Assembly: GCF_006345805.1 (NCBI RefSeq)
Contig: NC_042998.1
Coordinates: 201,810,001-201,874,000, forward strand
From: Octopus sinensis
Taxonomy: Eukaryota
Direction: 5' to 3'
Length of the DNA stretch: 64,000 bases
Shown here: positions 1 through 13,438 of the stretch, piece by piece
Position numbering within the stretch: the first letter of the stretch is position 1
Layout of the letters: every line of letters begins with the position of its first letter
The notes under the pieces: model-generated
The model's input: the letters and a program-made list of their open reading frames with translations, nothing else
Database searches by the model: none
What the model was told of the DNA's origin: nothing
Made by a program: the position numbers and the translations under genes

Positions 1-1294
1 ATTTTGTACAAAATATACTATTGACTAGTGCTCGTTTTACTAGATGGCATACGAAGATAATGAAGTTCGTGGGATTTAATAAGATGTTACGCTTTAAGGA
101 GAAGGTGCATAGGGTCATTTCTGCTGTGTTCCTTAACTGAACAAGAGGAATGATTATTTATTTTCAATTCACACTTCCTCATTATTTCGTAGAAAAACTG
201 AAGGCAAATTTGACCATTTCCAACAACATATATGTATATTATAACTCACGAATGCACAACCTTAATTGTAATATTTCTCGACGTACATCAGTAACTGCTT
301 CCTTACATTCAGGAGTTTTCCTTATTTAATATGAAACTTTCCCCGTGAGAATGTATTAGAGTTAGTTTAAAATGATGTATATTGGTTTTTGCCTGATCGT
401 TATATTACGCAGAAGCAAAGAACCCAACATCGACTGTCTAGTGGTGGTAGACAAACAACGACAGATACACACGCACACAAACACAAACACACAGACACAC
501 ACACACACATGTTAGTGGGGGTGTATGTATATTATATATACAAATACATATATGTATAGATAAATAGAGCGTGGGATAGACAGATAAAGACATAGACAGA
601 AATGCGTGAGCGTATATATATGTGTGTGTGTGTATATATATGCGTATGTATGTATGTGCGTGTGTATGTGAGCGTGCTTGCGAGCGTGCATGCGTGTTCG
701 TGGTTGTGGATGTGTATTACGATTGTATATCTCTTTGCTGTTGAAATATAATTTGCACTTGAAGGAAATCTATCACTTTATCGTATGAACTTATTGATTA
801 CTTATGAATAGAATCATTTGACGTTTCGGGTCGACGAATAAAGAAACTCTTCTTTGTGGCTTCTTTGAAGAAATAAACTTAAGTTGCTCCTTGCCTTCAA
901 CCTAATAACATGTCATAAATTCTATAATTATTGAGTCGGTTTAATACTTTATTCGTACTCGTTTTTGAGATATTGTGGTATCACATTTCCTGTCGTTAAA
1001 CAAAAGTAATACCAATATCTGGATCTGCTGCAAACATTCATTCTACTAAAACCGCCAAGCACTGAATCTCTATTTTACTTTGAATTGCACCTATCTGTTA
1101 ATGTTTATGTCTATGTAAATATATGTGTGTATATACATATACATATACATACATATACATACACACATATATATATATACTAATATGTATATATATAAAT
1201 ATATATTATATATGTATATATATTACATATATAATATTATATAGATATATTATAATATATATATATACACTATATATACATACATACATACATA

Positions 1295-1340
<46 letters not shown>

Positions 1341-1345
1341 ATATA

Positions 1346-2563
1346 CCGGCCAAAATACGTTAAGGACCGTTCTAACGTTATTCAGTTTAAAATTTCAAAT
1401 TTACGGCAGAAAGGATCGACGAACAAAAATTTATTATCAGTATCTAGTTCCCTAGCCATTATTTTCATTTGCCGCCTTACAACACCTTGACATGGAGTTC
1501 GACAAATGAGCACAAAATTCACTAGGAATGATTTACCAAATTTCTACAATAAAATTATGTAATTGGAAACATGTGTTGTTTTTTTTTTAGTATGAACACT
1601 TTTAGATATATAATTCCATAAATTTTCTATCGGGGTCTGCGGAGGCCACTCAAAAACCACCATATGATTGCGCTCAAAGTATTGCAAAAAGTTGTCTAGC
1701 CTTATGAACGAGGCAATTTTCCTGCTGGAAAATAGATCTCGGCAGCACCTGATTATTTAAATATGGCAGCACATTTTCATTTACTAATTGCAGGAAGCCT
1801 ACATTGTTCAGTCTGCCAGCAACCTTAACAATTGGACCAATATCTAAGCTGCTGAAAGCGGCCCGCTCCATCACCCAACCACCTCCCACCTGCTTCATTT
1901 CCTTGACACACTTAAGATGGAATTCTTCAGTTGGACGGCGTCTAACATGTCTTTCCGTCTGATCCAAAGATGCAGAAGCGTGATTCGTCGCTCTGAAGAA
2001 CTGTTGACCAGTCTTCGGCCGTCCATTGAATATGGCTTTTAACAAGCTTAATTCGCTTTGCTGGTTCGTCTCAGAAATTCTTGGCTTCTTTCGAGCGATC
2101 AGGCCGAACCGTCCAAATTCATATAGGCGGTTTCTGACAGTTTATGGTGTAAAGCTGGCGTCAGTTTTATCAGATAACCATTTGCAAATGCCCACTGCTG
2201 TTAGCATTCGGTTGCCTGCAGAGAGCCTATCTGTAAGTACTGTTGTTTTTCTCCGAGCACCCATTTTTTTGTCGATCTTTCTATTGGCCAGTGGCTTCAT
2301 AAAGCTGCCATGCTTTAACGCAAGCCGTTTTGTTGCACCCTACTTGCTTGATCATTTTCATGAAGGTCACGTTTTGCTGATTAAGCAGCATGGTATTTCA
2401 TCTAGTTACTGGGCTATTACTAGGACGCTTTTCCATAGACAATGGATGTGTAACAATGCTCGATTATTAAACAAAACAGTGCAGTACAACCAACCATATG
2501 ACTACCCATTTGGCTAATTCATTTGCATGATCTTGGTACGGCCTTAAATTTATTTGGGCGACA
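1346..2563 (-). mobile_element. Degraded Tc1-like DNA transposon
   Basis: ORF 1674..2045(-) has Tc1 DDE motifs (HVRRRPTEEFHLKC..KQVGGG.VM, IFQQEN..HKAR). An upstream frame reads TVRNRLYEFG..IARKKP (HTH). Ends are imperfect TIRs CCGGCCAAAATACGTTAAGGACCG (1346) and rc TCGCCCAAATAAATTTAAGGCCG (~2562). The left end abuts (TA)n. Confidence 0.85.
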
Positions 2564-2693
2564 ATTTCTAATCACTTAAATTAATTGCGCATTAAATATA
2601 TTAATGAAGGAATATTGCTGTCATAATCGCTCTTTAACTTATTTTGGCCATTGCGTATGTATATATGTGTAAATGTAATATGTGACAATTATA

Positions 2694-3735
2694 CGGTAGC
2701 CATCATAAAACTCCGAGTTTTGGATGTCGGGGTGGAAATTCACGCCGACATTTCTTCAGTTATCCATCCGTCTGAAAAAAATGCTATGGAAATGACCATT
2801 AAAACAAACGGATATTACTGTGTGATTTTCTGTTATTAAAACAAAAGAGCTATTTGAATGACCCCTAAGTGAGGAGAGGGAGTAAAAGTAAGGGGGTAAA
2901 ATTGTACATAGTATTCGCGTAAGCGCGCATGCCCATACCTAATCATGCGCGCCCACACACCTACGTACATGCGCCTATAAGTATACACTCATCCACCCTC
3001 ACTTGAAACACACTCATTCTCACCCACACTATTCACCAAAATATATTTATATATATGTGTGCTCACGTATATGTGTGTGGGCATATACACTCATACACAC
3101 ATATCCTTCACAGACACGTACATCGTAATCTTTATCATTATATACAACAGTTGGACTAAAAGGATAATCTTTAGCTCTTTCTTCCCCTCTATACTACATA
3201 CACCCTTTATAGTGTTCATGAATGACAAACTAATTCTCTTTTATCTTTCATATTTCTTTTATATTTTTTCTCTCTTCTCGTTTCAGTCACTTTACAGCAG
3301 CCATGCTGGGGCACCATCTTGAAGTGTTTTAGTAGGTCAAATCTTATGTTCAGACTACTATTTATTTTTTTAAAGCCTGATACTTATTCTATCGCTCTCT
3401 TTCACCGAACCGTCAAGTAACCCTTTGTAAACACTCCAGCACCGGTCATCAAGCAGTGCTGGAGGGCTAAACGCCCCACACTTCCTAGTGAGTCACGAAG
3501 TGATGACATTCATATCGATTCGATATGTTTAATGTTTCAAACACAAATCTATGAATAGATTTCATCTGACAGTTCCAAAGTAACAATCCTCCTAATGGTG
3601 TGTATAAACTTAGTGTGATATACAGTTGATGATTATACATGTGTAGCGTTTTTTTCCGATATCGGATAACTGAAGAGATGGTGGCGTGGATTTCCACCTC
3701 GGCATCCGAAACTCAGAGTTTTATCATAGCTACCG
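2694..3735. repeat. ~90-bp imperfect inverted repeat pair (2694-2785 / 3644-3735); possible MITE termini
   Basis: CGGTAGCCATCATAAAACTCCGAGTTTTGGATGTCGGGGTGGAAATTCACGCC matches the reverse complement of GGCGTGGATTTCCACCTCGGCATCCGAAACTCAGAGTTTTTATCATAGCTACCG. Confidence 0.7.
3270..3480 (-). mobile_element. SINE family B, 3' fragment
   Basis: TTTCAGTC..GCCATGCTGGGGCACC..TACTTATTCTATCG..CCGAACCG matches the full copy at 22365-22771. Confidence 0.7.
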
Positions 3736-3881
3736 AAGTCTCACACACTCACACTTACGTTTACAGATACGTTCCTCATGTAAATATTTTTACATAATAT
3801 CGAGGTCTCTTTCTTTCTTTTATTAGCTTACAGTTTTTATGAATATATATATATATATATATAATATATATATATAGATAT

Positions 3882-3914
<33 letters not shown>

Positions 3915-4374
3915 ATATAAATAGATATACATATATATATTGTACATATATGTGTGTGAGTGTTCGTATATGTGTGTGCAGTGCGTATATGCATATGTCT
4001 GTGTTTCTATGTGTCTATATCAATATATGTCCCTATTTGTGTGTATTCATCACAAAAATGAGATCTTGTCATGTCACTATGATTCGTTCTGCAATTGTCT
4101 CGGTGGAGCTATGTTAGCGAACAAATCGCAATTGTTTAACAAAAATTTTGACTGCTTATCAAATAAATTTAATCAGTATTCCGTTTTATTAAGTAGTTCT
4201 TTCTACTACACATGCAGCTATTCCGTATATATATATTATATATATATATATTATATATATATATATAAATTGTTGTGTGTGTGTGTGTGGTGTGTGTGTG
4301 TGTGTGCATCAACAAGCGCACGGGCACATACATACATACATACAGAAGTCTGACAACTCATACTTACACGTATG

Positions 4375-4405
<31 letters not shown>

Positions 4406-4920
4406 TTCACATTATTTTAAGTGTTCTCCTTTGAATTCAGAATCCAATCCTTGTGATCACTATGCCTTCTGAAATGTAGCTATGGAAGATATTTTTCTAT
4501 ATTTGTTTTCTTTTATGCTATCGTATACAACACGTTTGATATATGAGCCGAAGCGTATTTCGTAAGTTTAATTGATGCTAGCGTTGGTTTTCACTTCATT
4601 TGTATATGCGAGGGCGTGCTGTATATGTGGGTGTGTGCCTGTGTATATGTGTACGTTTGTGTGCGTGTGTGTGGGAAAGAGCGAAATAGAGATTGTGTGC
4701 GTCTATGAGAGAGAGCGAGGAGAGAGAGGAGAAAATGTACATATACAAGCAGTGTGATGAAATTAAAATACGCTGGTATGTAAATATAATTTAAATTTAT
4801 ATTTATTTATCCATTACCCGTACACATACATGTATGTACATACACACAAACATGCACACACACAGATACATATAGATGGCTACTCACACAATGCCCTTCC
4901 ATATACATATGCATTATATA

Positions 4921-4958
<38 letters not shown>

Positions 4959-4964
4959 ACACAC

Positions 4965-5049
<85 letters not shown>

Positions 5050-6326
5050 CACTGAGAGAGAGAGAGAGACGAGAGAGAGAGAGAGAGAGAAGGAGCGTAC
5101 TACTGCCTCCTGTCATTTCATTGCCTGCTAAGTTTGTAGGTTATATGCCAATGACAAATTCGGAGGAAATCCATTAACGATATGTGCTCTACGTTTAACA
5201 ACCTCCTCTGAGAATATTCTTAACACAGTTGTTTTTTAGCGCCATGACTACGCTTTCATATACATAATCTCATTAAGTAAAATTTATCGAATTGAAATGT
5301 ATTTCAACGAACAAAGCTTCAATTTGAAAACTGCGGGCATTATGTAATGTGTCACCTGTAAATTATTTTGTTAGTATTGCTGGACGTAATAAAAACCGGT
5401 TCTGTATAAATTATTGAGAATTTGTAAACACATTTATATAAAATATTTTAGAGACTTTTGGAGCGATCAAAGGAGAGACAAGCAGGAAAAAATCATTAAA
5501 ATATGAATATAGACTACGAAACTAGCTATCTAGAGATCCATTAGATGGGCATTTGACATGGTAGAAGTGGCAGCCAAATCTATCTGCCATCACATATACG
5601 GAGAGTTTCTGTCCTTGCGCTATGTATTTCCAGGTATACAGAGTTTTTGAACGTTCGACAGTTGATTGTCATTGTGATAAACGATAATTCTAGAAAGTTA
5701 ACTCATTATCCATGCATACATTTTATACCATTCTGACATATGTCTTTCTTTTGAAAATTTATCTGTTAAAAAATACTTGACAATTAATAGTGAAATGATA
5801 AACTGTATATACGAAAATCATAAGTATTTGATGTTTAGAATGGCACTGAATTATATCAGGTTATCTTAACGTTTCTTAATAAATTATTACTTAAAAGATG
5901 AAGGGTTAATTTATATCAATTGTATTTATCTTCAATTTCACTAAATAATGTAATTCACACCAAGATGCTGAATTTTTTCTCGTTTTAACAGGAAATGATC
6001 AGTTTTTCTTATTCCACAATTCTTGATTTTCAGTCATCCTAAAAGTTTCTTACAATTGAAACTTTAAGAACACTAGGGACGGGTTTATGGCTTACGATGC
6101 TCCGAAGATATACTAACCAAGTTCTCCATAATCTCAACGTATGATTGTAAACACGGAAGGATATATTGCCTACATATACTGTGTTGAATTTTGAAAGACC
6201 ACCTAAAAGGAAATTGATTATTGGTGTCTTCATTGATAGCTGGGCTGGTTTTAAACAGCAACAGCAGCAATCACAACAGCAAAAATGAGCGGGACAAAAA
6301 CAAATATTATCACTTCTGCTGCTGCT

Positions 6327-6369
6327 GTTGTTGTTGCTGTTGCTGTTGTTGTCGTCGTCGTCGTCGTCG

Positions 6370-6404
<35 letters not shown>
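6327..6404. repeat. (TTG)n/(TCG)n/(CTG)n trinucleotide tract; 3' tail of the adjacent LINE
   Basis: Direct reading; it is (AAC)n on the LINE sense strand. Confidence 0.9.
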
Positions 6405-6990
6405 AAGCAACAATACGGGTAAGGGTGATTTCACTGCGTCCGTTCTGTGGGTTGGGTGACGTCTGGCAGGTCGGGAGCGGAAGTCCACTTTTCCCAGATC
6501 CGAAGGACAAGTACGGGTCACTGGCCAGAGCGTCTGGTGGGGTTGGCATTTGCGGCGGGCCATGGATCCATAGACAGTCGTAGATGACAATGCTCCGCCG
6601 TCTCCTCTCTCCCACTCCGCACTTTCTGCAGGTTCTGTCTATGGCTCGGTCGATCTTGTAGAGCCAGTACTTGAGGTCTGGGTGATGATCACTTCTAAGT
6701 CGACTGAGTGTCACCTGCTGCTGCCTGGTTACAGAGGAATCAGCGGCTCTGCTCACTTTCTCTCCATGGTCGCCGTAGATCCTCTTGACTCTTTCGTATT
6801 TGAAGGGAGGTGGTTTAAGTGCCCGGTGGCTGCTTTCACTACGTCGTAGTGGTGGTGGGCTGATGACTGGTCTCCTTCCATTCCGGCTTTGGCCATCTCA
6901 TCTGCCAAGTCTTTGCCGAGGATTCCGCAATGGCTAGGGCATCAGTTGAAGGTTATCTGGCACCCATTGTCACTGAAGTTTGAAAGGATG
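6405..6990 (-). mobile_element. 5'-truncated RNase H-containing non-LTR retrotransposon (I-group like), 3' end
   Basis: Minus strand reads CQITFN*CPSHCGILGKDLADEMAKAG (RNase H end, like WVPSHCGIPGNE.AD.LAK), then RQQQVTLSRLRSDHH..TCRKCGVGE..VIYDC (C-terminal zinc knuckle), then an (AAC)n tail. Confidence 0.8.
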
Positions 6991-7051
6991 CTGCTGCTGC
7001 TGCTGCGGCTGATGATGATGATCCTCATCATCATCTTCATCATCATGACGA

Positions 7052-7105
<54 letters not shown>

Positions 7106-7563
7106 GACGACGACGACGACGACGACGACTACTACTACTACTATTCCTCCTCCTCATCCTACTACTACTACTACTACAACTACTATTTCTCCTCCTCCTT
7201 CTACTACTACTACTACTACTATCCTCCTCCTCCTTCTACTACCACCACACCACCACTACTACTACTACTACTACTCTACTACTACTACTATACTACGACG
7301 ACGACGACGACGACGACGACGACTACTACTACTACTATTCCTCTCCTCATCCTATACTACTACTACTACAACTACTATTTCTCCTCCTCCTTCTACTACT
7401 ACTACTACTATTCCTCCTCCTCCTTCTACTACCACCACCACCACCACTACTACTACTACTACTACTCCTACTACTACTATTCCTCATCCTCCTTCTACTA
7501 CTACTATTCCTCCTCCTCCTTCTACTACCACCACCACCACCACCATCACCACTACTACTACTG

Positions 7564-7631
<68 letters not shown>

Positions 7632-7660
7632 GCTTCTGCTGCAGCTGCTGTTATTTCTGA
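6988..7660. repeat. Compound trinucleotide array (CTA/CTC/GAC/CAC/ATC)
   Basis: Direct reading; ORF 6889..7728 is a read-through of this array. Confidence 0.95.
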
Positions 7661-10552
7661 CACTGATACTTCAACGATATTTTACGTATATATCATTCGA
7701 TACTAGTCGATCATGCCTATTAAGTTGATAAACATTCATTACCCGAAGGTTGTTAAAAATCTCAACGATTAAATCAGTTTTATTGATGTTACATTAGTGA
7801 TACAATATTTCTATAAAATGATTATCAATATATCATAAAATATTCATCTAAAACAACGTTTGCATTGTTTTCGTTCATTACTAGACACTAGTGGGCGAAA
7901 AGGTTTTATATTTTCGGAGATTTATTGACAGCTTGATGCAGTGAGTATTATCCCTGAACGCAACGAGGTAACATCCTAGCACTCATACTCAGTATTATTA
8001 TATGCACCGTAGCACACAAATATGGCGATTATTGAATACATTCACTGGCGCAAAGGTAAGGATGTTATTTGTAAATACAACGGAACATGGTTGTTATATT
8101 ATGAATCTGGTATACAAAGAGTTCACCGGGTGCGTGAAAGCCAAACAGAATGCGAGTAAAAAAGATATTAAATAGAAAACAATAAAAACATGCACTGCCA
8201 GCACACAGTAGTCCAAACATACTCTACGTGTGGAAATAGCCAAAGAACAAAACATCTCAAGCTTTAACAACCTTCTCGATGCTGCCTGGGAAAGTGTTCC
8301 CACGATTGAATGAGACGACACCAGATTTTATCAGTAATAATTTTCATATTCAAAGCCACCAACGATTCTTAGCACCTTCTCAGCAAGCGAAATGCAGTAA
8401 TCCAAAAGACCCAGCAGATAAAATTTGAAAGGTTGCATGATTCGGGGAATCTCGTGATCATACGATTTTCACAATCTTGCTGGACACGAATTACAACTTT
8501 TCAATACATAGAGTTTTTATCTGATATCTTCGAACAGGTCAGCTCAGTCGTAGGTGATTCTGTGGCCTTACTAGACAAGGTCGATTGTGTAATTTCAGTA
8601 TCTGATACCTAAGCACAATGTATCTCTCGATTCTATATGTCAGATTGGAAACTGGCATGATGTTAGTGCGTAGAGGTCTTTAAGAGTAAACAGGCTAAAA
8701 TTTGGTATGTGCCGAGTACAATTATGTTTGGTTAGATCGTTTCCCATTTATGACCCACTAAATTTCTCTTCACAAATACCTACTGTTGGTATAGTGCTGT
8801 ATTTACTGCTGGCACCTACTAACAGAAATTTACTTTTAAAGTATATTTCTATTGTCTTCAGATACCATCTGTAGTAAATTGTAACAGGATGCAAATCAAC
8901 CATTGGAGAAATTTTGTTTATATTAACATTTTGAAATTAATGAAGTGGATCGTTAATTATGACCCACAAGACTCGATGTAGTTCTAAATGTTACTAAAAC
9001 TTCGTGAACATTGGCTTTTTGGCATTCCTGTATATACAGAAACATTCTATTGAACTTGTTACTGGTACCAGAATATCTTAGTAAATCCTTATTCCCTTTA
9101 AATTTTGAAATAATTTCTGCGTCCGCTTTCGCTTTAAATAACGATTTACATTCAGCCAATCATTGTTGTTGAAGGAGAGAAACAGTAAACAAGAGAGTGT
9201 GTGTGAGAGAGAGGGGGTGATTCAAACTTATTCGATATATTTATTCTGTTTCATAATTTTATAAATGTGAGGTTGGCGCACGAATTATTGAATTATATGC
9301 ACTAAATCATATGCCCTACCTTGCTATGTAGATAAATATTCGAATAAGAATGGGGGAATTTCATCTAATAGAAAACAATTCTATATCTATAAAAGATTTC
9401 CCGTTAGTATAGAATTAAATTGTTATTAATTATTCTTAAAACCATGAGACTATCTACTTGTTTGTCACCATAATGTTTCTAAAACACTGCACTCTGATTA
9501 CAGCATCTAGGCTACTAAACATCCCAAAGGAAATTAAGGTAATACCTCACTAGAGAAGAATTACTCTCTATACCAAATGCATTCTATACCAATTGTTGTA
9601 TTGCGCTCTAGCATGGAATCTGTTATTCATTCGACCATTATTTATATTCTAAAACCCACAGAGAAACTCTGAATTAACATTTAATTATCTTATTGTTTCT
9701 TCCACTGTATAATCTTTGTTTCTCTTCAGCTCCCTCACATATTCTACATACATTTTTATATTTATTCTACCACCTCAACCCACCCATCTCCTTCGTACAA
9801 GTGCTGTCATCTTATATACTCAAATAAAAATTAGAGATATGAGATCATATACTGCTGAAAGCTTCCAGAAAAATAAGTTTTAAATTAGACTAGTTCGCAT
9901 AATCTTATCGATTCTCCAGTTGAAATCATTCTGATCCATTGTTGTCGAAAATATGCAAAAGAAATGCATGAATATGTATGTATTGAAACATACAGACACT
10001 CAGCACACATACATAGTGTATCTGCATGCCTGTACGTTTCAACACATGCATTTCTTCTAATATGAGGCATTTCGGTTATGTCAATGTAGTGCATGTATTG
10101 ATATCGATTTCAAATATAGGATGAAAACCACACGACTGAAATGAGACACTTTATTCAGTCTAGGAAAGACGGTAAACTACATTTATATGATTTTCTGAAG
10201 ATCATGAATAGAATATGTGCCAGATACCATTGACAACGTATTGTTAATAAAATACAGCAATACCTTGAGCTCAGAGATGGATGTTGATTTGTACATCCAC
10301 GTCGTGAGCAATGATCGCATTATCATTGCCAACGGCCTTGTACATGTGGCAAGGTCATGCTCGGCTTTAGCAATGTCTGTATCTGATTGTTACATATTTA
10401 TTCGATGCAATTGCGGATATGCGGGGATTTATATAGTATATTGCCCAGTTGAAACCATTGTGTCGCATCTTGGTTAAGGCCAATGTTTTGTAATTTAATT
10501 TGAGTAGTTAGAAAGTATGTCTGTAGTTAGAAAAATAGTCTGAAAGACTATT

Positions 10553-10701
10553 GTCCCCAATGGTTTGATCTCTTCGACTGGCCATTAGGATGAAAGACAA
10601 TGTCGACGTCAGCGGAATTTGAACTCAGAACGTGAAAACGGACGAAATATCGCAAGTAAGCATTTTGCGCGTTGTGATAAAAGTTCTGTCAGCTCACCAC
10701 C
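10553..10701 (-). mobile_element. SINE family C, diverged 5' part
   Basis: GGATGAAAGACAATGTCGACGTCAGCGGAATTTGAACTCAGAACG matches the family C copy at 26978-27209. Confidence 0.7.
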
Positions 10702-10896
10702 TTTTCAGTTATTATCATTGGAATTGGTTTCTATAGAATATGATATTAAAGCAGTTTGATATCGTGTTCTCTTTTTCTTGTCCTTTTTCTTTTTACCTGA
10801 AAATCATGATTCGTGAATCAGGCTTATGGAGAGGAGATTTCTAATCCTGAAGTTGATCATTATTTCATAAACGGTATATTTTTATATTATTTCATA

Positions 10897-11901
10897 AAGA
10901 TTATGGAGGATGTGGTAAAGTTGTCAACCCGAATGAGGCGATCGTCTTCCTTGCCCTGATGCTTGTGTGTGGTCGAGCATTGTCATGCAGAAGGACGACA
11001 TTTTCGATTAGCAAGTTGGGTCTTACTCGTGGGATTCTTGCTCGAAGATTCGTCAGGGTCTCAATGTAGCCCTCAGAGTTTTTTGTTTTTCCTTTTGGCA
11101 AGAATTCGACCAGAATGATACTTTGAGTATCCCACAAGACAGCCACCATGATTTTCCCAGCTGACTTCTGCGTCTTGAACTTTTTTCGGTGGTGGTAACG
11201 TAGAGTGGCACCATTCCATTGATCGCTTCTTTTTATTCCGGTTCATAATGATGAACCCATGTTTCATCACGTGTTACGAGCCTTCGAAATATGATGTTGT
11301 CACTTTTACTTTGTTCGAGAAGGCATTGACACTGTCAGTCTTGCGTTTTGTATTCAGCTCTCTAGGTACCCATCGGGCACACACTTTTGAAAAGCCAAGT
11401 TATTTGACAATGCTGGGCTCACTTGAAGGTTTTCTGCCAACTCATCAAGAGTTAAGCGCCTGTCTTCTCTGATCAGAGCATCTGAGCTTGCTTTATTGGC
11501 AAGATTCTCAGAAGTGGACGGACGGCCAGAACGGAGTTTATCGGCTACACACACAGTTCCCACCTTTTCATCTTTCAGACAATGGACCCACCTGCATACA
11601 TTGCTATAATATAAAGTATTGTTCTCAAAGACATTATGTACTTGTCGGTGAATGTTCACGGGGGTTTCCCCCGCCAGCAACAAGAAATTCAAGCACTGCT
11701 CTTTTTGTTGTTTTGACGTAACTCTAAGGGGGAAACCATTTTGAGTTTTCCTTACCAGTCTAAAAACCTGTAAAGTAAGAAACAAAATATTTCAGACAGT
11801 AAATGTTATAATCATTTATAAATGGGAAAATTTTCAGTTGATTTTATCAAACACTTAACATGAAATAAAGGAAAATGACATTACGTTTTGACTCACCCTC
11901 G
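10897..11901 (-). mobile_element. Degraded mariner transposon, 3' end lost
   Basis: ORFs 11354..11785 (HTH: RW...RSGRPST..IREDRRLTLDELAE), 11073..11270 (SMEW.H...PPPKK) and 10901..11149 (WD..IILVEFLPKG, LLHDNARPH, LPHPP). TIR TA|CGAGGGTGAGTCAAAACG at 11901. Confidence 0.92.
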
Positions 11902-13438
11902 TATAATTTCGCTTCCACAATCATTTATCGCAATAATTGCTGGCAACTTTGGATTATTTATCTACGAAGACTCCCATATTGAGAGACCAACGGTGAATGA
12001 ATGTGTCTATGCATTGGGCGGAATAACACTAACACAACGCTACTGTCATTTGTGAGAAAACTAATGTTTTGGGAAAAAAGAAAGCAGTTATAATCCATAT
12101 TTGGTTTAAATTTTGACAGAAAACTTTGTAAAACGTTGAAAAAACATTACCCATATAATCAGCAAAAAGTGGCGAAAAGCGACAATTGCAGAAGTAGACG
12201 TGCCTACGATATGTTGTTAGGTGAGTTGCAGACAATATCTATTTAGCTGATTATTTAAGTGCATGTGTGAATTTGATTCACTAAAATATAGGATAAAATA
12301 GGTAAAATAAGCTTATTTCAGATGTCCAGGGGTCTATTTATGAATATGTCTGGTTGAAAAGTTAGTAGTAACGGTTCAGATAATAGGTTCGCAGATTCCA
12401 ATATTTGTATCGACGAATGATAATATTTACGAATTTATTCTGTGTTCTATAAAGCTTGGTAAATGAACACTGTAGGAGTATGAGTGTTTCTTTCGTAAGC
12501 ATACAAGTAATAAAATATTCTTGGACTTAACAATCGGAAGCGCAAGTTTAGTAAAGAATCAATCTTACATAAAATGCAAGTATTCTTATTCCATTTTAAA
12601 TTCAGCCACAAGAAATTCTTATTTAAGATTCTGAGTGAAGGGGATGGAAATATTTTTCCATATGGGTTTGCAGAACAATTTTGGCACTTTATATAAACAT
12701 ATGTACACATACATCTATATGTGAGTGTGTGAATGAATGCGCGTGCGATTACATGTATACGTGCATGTGCGTGTATGTGTGTGCATGTGTGTATGTGTGT
12801 GCATGTATGTATGTGTGTGTGTTCGCGTGCACATGTGTGTAAATGTTTAAACTACATGTAATCATATTGAAGTTGCATGTGGTTTGTCTGATTTTTCTCT
12901 GATGGAAGAGGAAATAAGATTTGTATCCAATTTTCTTTTGCCAGGATTACATTTAGAATTCTATAAATTTTAAAACCTATAAGCCTGTGTTGCCCCGTAA
13001 TGAATGTGTTGGTTGTTCACGTCACAGGTAATGTCTGCAGTGTCAGAACTGGAATTAGAATATTTATTCTAAGGCATGATGTATTAACATGAATTATGAT
13101 GGAAATAGCCTTGTATTAGCTGACGGTTTCCTTGAGAAAATATATTTGTAGTTCTGTCTTTGAAGTGACACATCCACACATATACAAGCACGTGCACAAT
13201 CACACACGCACGCATGCACTTACACACACATCACACACATATACAAACGAACACACGCCCATACACACACAAACACGCACACCCACACAAACACGCACAC
13301 ACACATAAATATATATATATATATATATAATGTATATATGTACATACGGACAAAAAACGTGTATGCATATACAAATACATACAGGCCAGATGTGTACACA
13401 AACGTATACATGTATGCACATGGATGCGAGTGAATATA

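Noticed and set aside
820-890. Minus-strand CCCGAAACGTC resembling a hammerhead 3' half
   Set aside because: No CUGANGA core upstream and no helix II.
1123-1455. Long YI/CV/LS/II-rich ORFs here and throughout the track
   Set aside because: They are stop-free translations of (TA)n, (CA)n, (ATAG)n and triplet microsatellites.
2026-2517. 163-aa plus-strand ORF
   Set aside because: Antisense to the Tc1 transposase N-terminus.
8100-8720. Possible Gypsy gag-protease remnant
   Set aside because: Similarity is impressionistic and needs several frameshifts; no intact motif.
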